DNA of 64,000 nucleotides, taken from contig CAVNZM010000010.1 in the NCBI GenBank assembly GCA_963693365.1, positions 7,627,794-7,691,793 of the forward strand, given 5' to 3'. The notes below the pieces were generated by a model. The model made no database searches. It saw only the letters and a list, made by a program, of their open reading frames with translations, and was not told the DNA's origin. The stretch comes from Amoebidium appalachense. Its lineage: Eukaryota; Protista; Ichthyosporea. Positions 43,345-64,000 of this stretch are shown here, one piece after another; within the stretch, counting starts at the first letter, position 1; each line of letters starts with the position of its first letter. A program made the position numbers and the translations under genes.

Positions 43345-44053
43345 GGAGGGGGAGGATGGCAACGGCGGGAGCGGACAGGGTACAGCACTTTGTGTAGGAA
43401 CAAATATATCATATGCATACGGCGCAGTCACCAATGCACGTGCCAGCCAGTATGCTCAGTCTCCGCACATCTCCCCACTGGACACGCACCTACACGCACT
43501 GGGAAACGGCCTGCCGGAAAAGGCTCCCATGTCACATTCCAGAGGGTGCAGTATAAACCAATGGTAGAGATCCTTCCCTTTGAAGACTTGAAGTTTGAAG
43601 CCGCTACAGAAATAGCTATTTTTGGAAAGTAACAAGAGATGGGCAAAACGCTTCATGGTCAAACAGTTCCTGTTGAATGTTCTTTACCACACATTGATTA
43701 AATGTTTTCTCTACAACCGCACTAAATGTATAATACACTATTTAAATGTTATTTTGCATAAAAACCAATAATAAAGGTATTTATGCGGGTTAAAGAATGA
43801 GTATTTGGGCCTCTTCCCACAGATATAGACGACCCGCCTATGGATTTAGTTTACATCCCTCTCAGATATTGATTTGTGATTGGATCCCAGACGGAATACC
43901 CGTGCACGACTGCACGGTGACATCGGTGAGCCTGGGACTGGGAGAAAACCAAGTGGCATGCTGGCGACAATTCAGTCTCCCTCTAGAATGGTACTTGTAG
44001 GTTTCTGAATTTGAGTAAATTAGTTCCTTTTTTACCTTTTTCTTGGCTAGAAA

Positions 44054-46613
44054 ATGTCCCTTAGGGGAATCACTAGGTATATCAGAGGTGTGGTTCCGTG
44101 GGGTCGCGGGGATGTCAACAACAATGACCCGACGTCGACCACGGCTACCACAGACCCTACCACCATGGCCAGTGCTGGTAGCGGTAGCACCTCCACAGAT
44201 GCCAGCAGCAAAACCAAAAATCTAGCTAATACACTTAAGTTTTCTAGCTCTACGAGAAAGTACATGGAAGAGGCAGGTATTAGTATGTCAACCAAGACCC
44301 AGCGAAGAAGACCTAGAATTTCCTTGCCAACAAGGTGGAGAGAGATTGGCAAGGCACGAAGCAACGGTGGCGCAGATGGCGACTCAGCTGCAGCCATAGA
44401 CCAAGCTGATCCTCATGTCCTCGATAAACATCGGCTAGAAGGGTTGGAAGGACTGAGTGGCCAAAATGGGGAGAAGAGCGGATGCTCGCCGTCACCACTG
44501 GCAAGTGGCTCTGCCTTTTCTCTCCTGCAAGCGCAAACACTGAAACGTGACTGACACCCCCCAAAAACATTATGGCAAAGGAAAGTTTTGTGCTGATGCT
44601 TGTAGGTGCCTCAGCAAACGCATTCTCACATGTTTTGCTATCTCAAGCACCTTAACTAGTGTACTGTAGGTGCTGTGTGGTAGACGGTAGTTTCCCTAGA
44701 GGGCCTGAAAAGGCCCTCCGGGAATTCACAAAACGTGATAAAATAAAAAAATAAAAAATGTTTTGCTATCTCACATGTTACTGTGCTACGAATGATCTAA
44801 AACTGGCGGCATTCGCAGTCATGTGCGTTATCGGTGACGCTGAGCTTATATATTGATTATGAAAGATATTACTCTGGGCTTTATCCGTTTTCCCCGGATG
44901 ATCATGATACCCCTTTGCCTCAGCACTACGGGTACCCTATTCTACGTGCACAAACCACCAACTGTACCCTAGTTCAGGTAAAAGTGGTGCAGACAGCTAC
45001 TAATGATACCATCAACCGTTGTACATGTCTACATATGATATGTATCATCGTGGTTCTGGGTCTCTCAGAGCCTCAGGATCCAAACCAAGACTCGGACGTC
45101 TTTCTCTTTTTTGGTGCACTGGTCAAAAAGAGACAATCTTGTTTCCTGGAAACTTTGGCAACCTGCGAAATTCGATGGGTTATAATTAATAATAGGCCTG
45201 ATAGGTAGATAAATGAAACTAATCACATGTTAATGTATGTTCATTGCCCCCTCACAGAAGCGCTCCCAGACATATGCGGGCATGACCACACACCCAAATC
45301 TGGATGATGTAGCAGGCCCCGGGAGCCATCTGCAAGAAGTGTCCGAAAGAGAGACACTCGGGAATACGACCAGCTTGCAATCAATCACTTCGTTCAAATT
45401 TAACATACCCGGAGCACCCCAGGGAGAATCCACCGGTGAGCAAGACTTACTGCCTTACAACTCGGACGTGCCGCACACACACACTTCAACTGCGAACGTA
45501 CAAACTCACGGTCACGATCTGACCCATCCTTCTCACCTGAGCCGGATGGCAACCGGGCAGAAAAGCACACTTGGTGTACTCCTGGAGGCATCCCCACAGT
45601 CAGAGCTTGAGATGTGTGTGCACGTGTCTTCCCCTCGAGCCCCTCGACAACCCAGCACCACTCCATCAACAATAAAGCCCAGGCTTCTTTCGCAAGACAG
45701 TTCCGGCTGGCCCAGTTATGACAATCAAGCCTATCAAAAGAACAATATCAACATTGATACTACCGGAGTATTAACAAACAGCACCACCATAGATGCTGCT
45801 GCTAACACGGCTTCGGCACGATTTGCTAGTGAAACCAGTGCGAGTGGCTTAGGGTCATCTGTGCAACGGCCTCCTGTGGTTCTGGTCGATAAACCGGTGA
45901 AAGCAACGGATGGTCATTCCTCACAGCCTAAGGATCCGAATCAGCCGCAGACATCATCCAATCACGACTCGAAATATGCAGAGGCTCTCGTTGCACAGGG
46001 TGCTTGCTACACATTTCGGCTCACCAAGGGACTCGTGGAATCGTACTACAGTAATAGGGTAATTTATGCCTGTCACAGCGTGCCTAGCCTAAGTTAGCCT
46101 GCAGCTCGTTGCGAAGTACTCGCTGGATTTTCTGAACATGTGTGCAATGAATTTTCAAACTGAACCTCGCCACCTACTCCCCCCCCCCCCCCCCCCTCTC
46201 CCCTTCCTCCCCCCCCCCCCCCCCCCCCAACAAAAAAAAAAAAAAAAAAAAAAAACACAGGCTCACATTATGCACACACTAGTGATATACCTGCTCGGCA
46301 CCCACCGTGTGCGCACGCACGCACACACACACACACACACACACACTTACAAACGCCCACACACACTCGGCACCCACACCAGAAACACGCACACACTCGG
46401 ACCCCCCCCCCCCCTCCCTCCCAGCCCGTCCTCTCACAGCCTGCGTGTCTTCTCTTACTCCCTTCTTCCTCTCCCCCCCCCCTTCTCTCTTGCTCCTCTC
46501 TCCTCTCTCCTCTCTCTCTCTCCACCTCCCCCTCTCCCGAGTCCCCTATCTCCTCCTCTCTCTCTCTCTCTCCTCCCCCTTCTCCCTGTGCACTCCCCCC
46601 TCCCCTATCTCTT

Positions 46614-46685
<72 letters not shown>

Positions 46686-48195
46686 ACACACCCACCCGCA
46701 CACCCTTTCTCTGCTCTCTCTCACCCACACACCCCCTCCTCCTACCCCAACCCACCCCTTGCAATCTCCTCAACTTGGAGTCCCCACTCAAAGTTTGCTA
46801 TTATCCCCTTGCGCATCCGGCTGCTACACTATGAGCAGGATGTGGAATCACCTAACACATGAATACCAGAACTCAGGCCCTCTACTGACAATTTCCAAAT
46901 ATTTATGACTGATGCAGGTAGCCGATTGGCTCATGTGTACAAATAACAAAGATTCGTTGAACGACGCCACCAAAGCTCGCATTATTGTCGAGACTGTTCG
47001 GGGAAATATGACAGAGGTGGAGACAAACTGGGAGTATTGGAAGGAGAACCATGGGAAACCGGCAACGCATATTCCTGTGGAAAGTGCAACAGTCCTGCGC
47101 TGGGCGCCGGTTACGCCTTCAGAGTCAGACGGCCCTACCTCCCCCGTGCGCAACTTTGAATTCTTTCGTCAAAGCGGTCCCAGTTCGTCCGATAGTCCCG
47201 TGGCCACCTTGCTTATGGCTAACAGCGCATACACCTTTCGTCAGTGGGTTGATAGAGTCGTTCAGACCACACAAACCCCAGACGTGGATTATTTCCCGAG
47301 CATATGGGCTGGTGGAATCTACAAGAATTTTCCAGACCCAAATGGTGTCTTCAGACCCAGGCACGATACTATTGGGCACGGTTCACAAGGGGCACAACCA
47401 GCGGGCCGCACAGACGAGGACAGTAGTTGCGACGACTGCAGAGAGACAGCGTGCTTTGGGTATTTGCTTCCGGCGCGCGAAAACTACAACGAAGAAGATG
47501 ACAAACGGTTTGCCTCCATGATTTGCGACATTGCCAAGCGCCTTGTGAGCACCGGAGTCTACGAACTAGTCTACTGGCAGGTGTCCAACCTCAACATAGC
47601 CCACCCCGTCCGAGAGGCTATCCTAGGCCACATCTTCGAAGCCGGGCACCCATTTATGCAAGACGTCATCGGCATCAGCAACCAGAGCACATATGGCCGT
47701 GCAGGCAACTGGAAACGTCTGCCCCCCGAGGTGATAACGGATGGCCTCCTACTGTGTGCCGCATACACCACGGCATGTCACTTGCGTATCGCATCGGCTC
47801 TGAAAACACCAGAAGAAATCCACGGGGTCATTGGGGATGCAGCAGACGAGGCCACACTTCAGCGTCTTCTCTCCTGCCTGTGCAGCAACGTAACGAAACT
47901 TTCGGAGGTGAAATTCGCCGAACTCGTAGGACTCTCACACAAGGATCGTGCAGTCATCCAGTGTATTGCCCAGCATGCCCGTTACCAAATCGCCTCTAGG
48001 ACCCTTCCAACCAGACACATGCCGGACACGGTCACAGTCGAAACGGCTACCCCCCGAAGTGACGAAATTGCAGTGCAAGAAACGTCCGGCAGCAACACCG
48101 CACTGGCCGTTTCGGTACCTGTCCGGCAACGCCGCTCCCGTGTGAGTCTCACGAGTATCGCTCATCTCCGTATGAGCCACGTGGAAAACGAGTAG
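44054..48195 (+). CDS. Hypothetical protein, ~841 aa, 3 long exons; Ser/Thr-rich disordered N-half and globular C-half
   Basis: Three long non-repetitive ORFs join in phase 0 as exons 44054-44500, 45258-46058 and 46918-48195. Junctions: CTG|GCAAGT...TCACAG|AAG and AGG|GTAATT...GATGCAG|GTA. No family was recognised. Confidence 0.65.
44630..44773 (+). mobile_element. Short retroposed insertion (SINE/LINE 3'-end-like) with 16-bp TSD and A-rich tail
   Basis: Identical ATGTTTTGCTATCTCA at 44630-44645 and 44758-44773 flanks a 112-bp insert. The insert has two hairpins and a TAAAATAAAAAAATAAAAA tail. Confidence 0.75.
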
Positions 48196-48534
48196 CTGGG
48201 TGAGCACTTGATGATTGCAAATCTAAGCGAAAACACGTGTATGGCTTAAGAGGTTTCGCAATGTGTACCTTGATTAGTGTTCATAAATTACACGTTACAT
48301 ATACCTTTTATTGTAGTCAATCGGTTGAAGGGGTTGATTTTACCGTTCTGTATTTCTGTATCTGCTGCCAGCACAGCGTGCATGTGCTGACGTGAAATAC
48401 TATGTGCTCCACACTCACAACCGGTTGGAAAAAACTGAATTCCAATAGCAACGGTGTTTGAGTAATCGGATGCATCATCTGTTTACAACTCAGCTAACGA
48501 TTTCAAGTTTGCACGTAAGCAGGAAAACCATGCC

Positions 48535-48587
<53 letters not shown>

Positions 48588-48720
48588 TTCCGCCCCACTG
48601 ATTCACCCATCCAGCCACACCACCACCGTACACAAGAGGAAAAAAAACAAAAAAAAACAAAAACTAAAGGACTGTGAACAGCATGATCCCCAACGTCTCA
48701 ATTGGAAAGCGACTGTATTA

Positions 48721-48754
<34 letters not shown>

Positions 48755-48874
48755 CCCTCCCCCCCCCCCCCTGCACCCCCTCACCCCACCCCACCCATTC
48801 CCTGTAACCACCTTCCCACTCAGCCCCCCCCCCCCCCCCCCCCCTTCCCCCACCTCGCCCCGGCTCTTCCCCCC

Positions 48875-48910
<36 letters not shown>

Positions 48911-50058
48911 CTGCCTTCGTTTCGCAGGGCAAACAAAAATGAAAACAAAAATAAAACTGAGCTAAAAGGAAAGGACTTCCCCCACGTTCCCAGAGTCTTA
49001 TATTGAAGTTCCCACACACTACATGATCACTCCCCCCCCTGCCGGTAGTTCCGGGACGAGTCTCGTAAACAGCTGCATCCAAGAGCAATTTTAAACCATA
49101 CAGCAACCTCCCCCCCCCCCCCCCCCCCCCCCCCCCCTTCCCCCCCGCTTCCTTCCTCATTGCAATCTCCTCGAGGGGTGCCAAACCTCGTGAGTGCACT
49201 GTAAATAGTATAGTGATACTTCACACTGCACAGGTATTATGGACTCATGAGTGTAATCTAAAATAAAAACTTTGATTGGTGGGGTCCTTTGTTTGTGGCA
49301 GGAGGTCCAATTTGGGGTTTAGGGGGTTAGCTAGAGGTGTGTACCCAGCATACGAGTATGCTGGACTGACACCGATTGTGTGCACGTGTGCGTTGTAAGA
49401 TCTATGGGCGGGTAGTGGTGGCGATGGAAGGCGGGGAAGGCGGGGGAAGGGTGCTTTAGTTCCTGCAAGGAGGTCACATCGCACCTGATTGGACAACGCA
49501 CGAACATTCAGTCCCCGAGCGAAATAAAGGGTGCCGGGAACCTATAGCAGAGGGCTAGGGGCGCACCAGCCCCTGCATCTAGCGCCCAGACACACAGAGT
49601 TATGGCTATTCCGTTTATATTTTTATGTTATTGATATATTATCAAATGCTGGGGTGTCGAGCGGTTTGATTCCCTCGGCGATTGCTTCTCGCTTCTTTCA
49701 ACTCCCCCTCCCCCCCCCCCCCCCCCCCCCCCCCTGCCCCCCCTCCCACCCCGGCAATACCTTCTCCTTGCCTCACCTTCTTCACCGGCACCCCTCCCTC
49801 AGGGGTATCTATCCCCTCCCCCCCTCCCCCCCTCCCCCCCCCCCCCCCCCCCTCCCCCTCCCCCCCCCCCTCCCCCCCCCCTCCCCCTCTCCCCCTTCTA
49901 CCAGCAACATTGTTGCCTTCTACCAGCAGCTAACAGTTCCTCTGTGTTACCAAAACCCCACTATACCCTATGGTTTCTCATGCTGTTCAGTCATCCGACT
50001 TTCCATATTCAGGAAAGAGGGGGGGAGGGGGGGGGGAGGGGAAGGGGGGACCTAAGCG

Positions 50059-50122
<64 letters not shown>

Positions 50123-50934
50123 GTGCACGCGTTCGTAGGGGCAGGGGAAAAGTGGGAGCACATGAGTAAGGTATGGGGCGGTGCTCCAAGGGCCAGGTTT
50201 AAGGTGCATGTTGTACAAACATCGCGTTTTAGACCCCCCCCCCCCCCCCCCCACTCCCCCAACCCCCAAAATTGTACACTTCACTAAAAAAAAAAATGCA
50301 GTTACCTGCAGATCATGGATCATCTGGCAATTCTAAGTCTCCCCTCTCCCCCCCGCCCCCCCCAATATCACAGATACCCACACACCCGCACACATACGAA
50401 CAACAGGACGAAATCCCCAGACACTATGTTTGTTGTCCCAGTTGTGTGCCAAAACCAGCCGTTTCTTTTGCATCCATTAAGGTTGTAACAGAGTTCCATT
50501 CGGTTTCGTGCACACAGTGCATTTCATCAGATCATAACCATTCATTCATGTCCCCATCAACACCGAACCAGCTTCATATGACCGATTCATACAGACATTC
50601 TCACAATACTCGAATTGAAGAACCTATCGTTGCTTCTGTTGGTCTGAATCCTCCCCCCTCCCCAACACACACACATACACACACACACCATCAACACACA
50701 CACCCCAGGTGGTTCACACTAAAATCTAGCACTGAACACCCATTCATCAAAGCCTACAATACAATATGATTAAAGCCGATTACTTGCAGCTTGAAGCCTT
50801 TCGTGTCGACCAATCCGCACACACAAGTAAACTCAAACAATTCATAAAATCCGCACACACAATTAAACTCAAACAATTCATACAACTTCCTACATTCAAT
50901 CATCATTCACAGCCCATGTACCCCATTTTTCATT

Positions 50935-51332
50935 TCATCTTTGCTCGCCACAGTAATCCTGCAAAAACACAACCGCCAAATTCTTTATCCTCTGGTTTTT
51001 CGCCTTTGCAAACGTCTGCATGGCTTCGACTATTGCTGGTGCTGTTGTTTCTCTTTTTGTGTCGCTTGAAGTCAAAAACATAAGTGTTGTGATTGCATTC
51101 ATGACAATGGTTTCACTGCTGCTGCTGAGTTGTTGCACAACAAGATTGATGGCGTTGTTTGCGACAAGGTGCGCCTTGTTCTTGGGGTCTGTGTGCACAA
51201 AAAGAGGGAATGAGAAGGGGGGGAAGGGGGAGGAGTGTGCTAAGTGGTGTGGGTGGGTGATAAATGGGTTTCAGGAATGGCGGGGAGGGAGATATGGGGT
51301 ATGTGTAGATGTCCGAACGCGTGGATGTGTGT

Positions 51333-51383
<51 letters not shown>

Positions 51384-52764
51384 AGGGCTGTGAGCGGATG
51401 TGCGCGCACGTGGTGTGAGTGAGTGGTGAGTGAAAGTGTGAGTGAGTGCGTGTTTGTGTGCTGGTTCAAGTGGAGATATTAGATACTGGTAAACAAGCAC
51501 AATAATTTGCTAGTTCCACTGTTCCAGTTACACCCCCCCCCCCCCCCCCCCTCCGCCTCCCCCCTCTGCCCAGAACCAATCACTTTCAACCCCACAAACA
51601 CAAGATAATCACGGTCCCCCCCTCCCCCCCCTCCCCCCTCCCTCCACAAATTCCCTTTTCGAGCCATGTGCACAGTGCATGCAGACCCCCGCCGGTTGCT
51701 TGTGTGGATATTTGGTGGGAGGGAAATTACACGACAATAAGCACATTCTTTGCATCGAGCACCCCATCAACAAGAAGGTATATGTCCCCTTGATAATACA
51801 AACAATATCACGTGTGTCTCAAGGAGTGAACATAGACGGCGTAACCACAAAATGCAAACTGCAATATGCAAAATGCACAGCACCACAGGCACACACTGCT
51901 GCACTGAGCACATACCCAGACACAGGTTGCATATTCCCGCCAGGCCAAATTCTCTCATCTTCTCATTTTCCTCCGTCAGCGTGTCTGTCAAATGAACCCT
52001 CAGTCACAGCAACCAGAGCCCCCCCCCCCCCCCCCCCCCCTCCCCCCGCCCCTTCCCTCAGCGATTCCCCACTCTTGTACCCCTGGTAGTAGTATTCCCC
52101 AATAGCCCATAAATCCCTCCCCCCCCCCCCCCCCCCTCCCGGACTCCGGTTCCTACTCTTCCCCTCAGCCAACCGCGACCAGTACAAGTATCCTCGACTA
52201 GACATCCTCATTAAGCACCCCCCCCCCCCCCCCCCCCCCAAAAAAACACACACACACCAAATATACTTATTTGGGGGCGTATCCTTCCCTTCCCCAACTT
52301 CCCGTCAAAACCAAAAAACTCCTTTCCAAATATGCCGCACCTTACCTTTCCCCCCTACCCAATCCCTGCCACAAAAAAAAAAATACAAGGAACACCCATC
52401 CCCTCCCCTCCCCCCGCCTCCCCCTCCCCCCCGGGAAAAGGAGGACGGAGAGAGAGATAGAGAGGGAGGGAGAGGGAGGGAGGGAGGGAGGGAGGGAGGG
52501 AGGGAGGGAGGGAGGGAGAGAGAGATAGACAGAGAGATAGAGAGGGAGAATGTGTGAGTGTGTGCGCATTTTGTGTGTGTGTGTGTGTGTGTGCCCCCCC
52601 CCCCCCCCCCCCCCCCCCCGGCCCCTTTCACCCCCAAAAAAACCACACACCAGAACCCCCCCCCCCCCCCCCCCGGGGCCCCATTCACACTATAAGAGCG
52701 GTTATACACCACTCCACCATATGTCCGTTTTACCCATCCCTTTCCCCTCTCGATCCCATCCTCG

Positions 52765-52801
<37 letters not shown>

Positions 52802-53325
52802 ACACACACACCTCACCCCACCCCCGCCCTCATTGTGCCCACGTACCCAGAAACAGGTCGAGCACGTGCAGGCTACGTAGCCACTCGTAGTTGAGTGGGT
52901 CGTAGGCAAAGTTGCCCAGGTTGGCCAGCACCTGCAGCCGGGCCTCTGCACCCACACCGGACACACGTGTGTGTGAGCACAAGCGCCTTCACACCAAGCT
53001 AGAAAAAGCCAGGCCACGGGAAAGCATACCCCCCCCCCCCCCCCCCCCCCCGTCCCTCTCCCCTCTCCCCTGCCCCCGCCGCCGGAGCACCTTTCCCAGA
53101 CACTCTCTACCACCCGTCCCTCCTCCCAGTCCTTTCCTCTCCCCACCCAGTTTCTCCTTCCTTTCTCCCTCCTTCCCTCAAGCCCCCCCCCCCCTGCCCC
53201 AGCTCTCACCCTTACTACAGCACCAAACAAACACTCCTCAACCACCATCGCCAAGTTCTGCTTGTTGCCAGCGCATTGAACCCGTACTATCAGCAACCCC
53301 TCCCTCTTCCCCTCCCCCCTCCCCT

Positions 53326-53357
<32 letters not shown>

Positions 53358-53664
53358 CCCCCCCCCCCCCCCCCCCCCTTCCTCCCCCCTTCTTCACCCG
53401 CAACTTTGAGTTTCCTGCTGGTCCACAACTACTGAAACTATTCCAACGAAGCAAAAATGTCTCCGGGTGCACAACATGACGAAAACACCCAGTCCAAGGG
53501 TGCTCTGTCCGTCAAACACTCTCCCAGATGTCCATCCCCCCACACTCAAGCATACCTTCATCGGTAGTGTCCTGGAACTCTGTGACCAGAGCCTTCAGGT
53601 AGTCATAGCGGCCAAGGTCGAAGCTGCGTGTCTTCTTGGCTAGCTGCGCCTCAGAGCTAAACAT
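50935..53664 (-). CDS. ARMC7: Armadillo repeat-containing protein 7, ~176 aa, 4 exons
   Basis: Exons 53664-53556, 52945-52847, 51984-51916 and 51188-50935 are in frame: [16 protein letters not shown]...[57 protein letters not shown]...AITTLMFL. Confidence 0.92.
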
Positions 53665-54316
53665 GGCTGTGGGTGCTGGCGCTAACGTTTCAAGGTGTGT
53701 ACAGAACTAGGGTAGATGCTGGCACGTATCAACTGGGACCTCTGGCCGCCGTACGTTAAAATCGACTCTGGTTTAGACTCACATCAGTCACATGTGCTGG
53801 CTTTTCACTGTTTTTTTGGAAGAGCAAGAGGCGCTCAGGAAGTTGACCCTTAACCTTTCTGAAGCCGCCTCAGTGCTGACTCGCTTGATAGCGCAAACAC
53901 CACCACTGAGCCACTTCACCGCCAACATAAATTTGTCGCCTTTTACATAGATAACCTGGCAACATTTAGGTTCAGTTATCCAGAAGTGAAACCGTCTTCC
54001 ATGTTTTTGGCGATAAATGTTGGCGGTGGGCAAAGAGCATTAGTCCTGAAGTGCTGAGGTTTGACTCTCGGTGGCCATATTTTAGTTTTCCCCGTCTGGG
54101 CAGGGAGGATCCGTCTGAAAGCAGACGCATTGAAGGAGAATTTGCTACTTTTAAAAGCGCAGGATCACTGTGGTGGTGCGTTAGAAGACTAGTCTGTCCT
54201 GGTAGCGGCTACTCAGTTATAGATCCCAGTAGCAGGACCTGCTTGGTTTCAGAGATCTTGTCCTAGGCAGGTAGATTCAACGTTTAGTGTGAAGAAAACA
54301 CATTCTGAGGCTCCAG

Positions 54317-64000
<9,684 letters not shown>

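Overview
This is eukaryotic genomic DNA with spliceosomal introns full of poly-C/poly-G tracts and (CA)n/(GA)n microsatellites. The gene set suggests a unicellular opisthokont (inference only). Most ORFs in the track are low-complexity artefacts. Manual splicing recovers nine genes: (1) an RRM + flavocytochrome-c/fumarate-reductase + cytochrome-b5-reductase fusion (-); (2) a mitochondrial-type acetyl-CoA synthetase (-); (3) PAM17 (+); (4) UXT (-); (5) a short-chain dehydrogenase (+); (6) an F-box/LRR protein (-); (7) an unrecognised ~840-aa protein (+); (8) ARMC7 (-); (9) the 5' part of an RCC1-repeat/DH alsin-like gene (+). The main points of interest are four. The RRM-fused fumarate-reductase-like enzyme has degenerate FAD-binding and catalytic motifs. 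A complete miniature LTR retroelement (TRIM) carries a tRNA-derived Pol III module in each LTR. A family of 5'-truncated, structured, intronic repeats ends in, and is usually flanked by, poly(C). A small structured retro-insertion has a perfect 16-bp target-site duplication.
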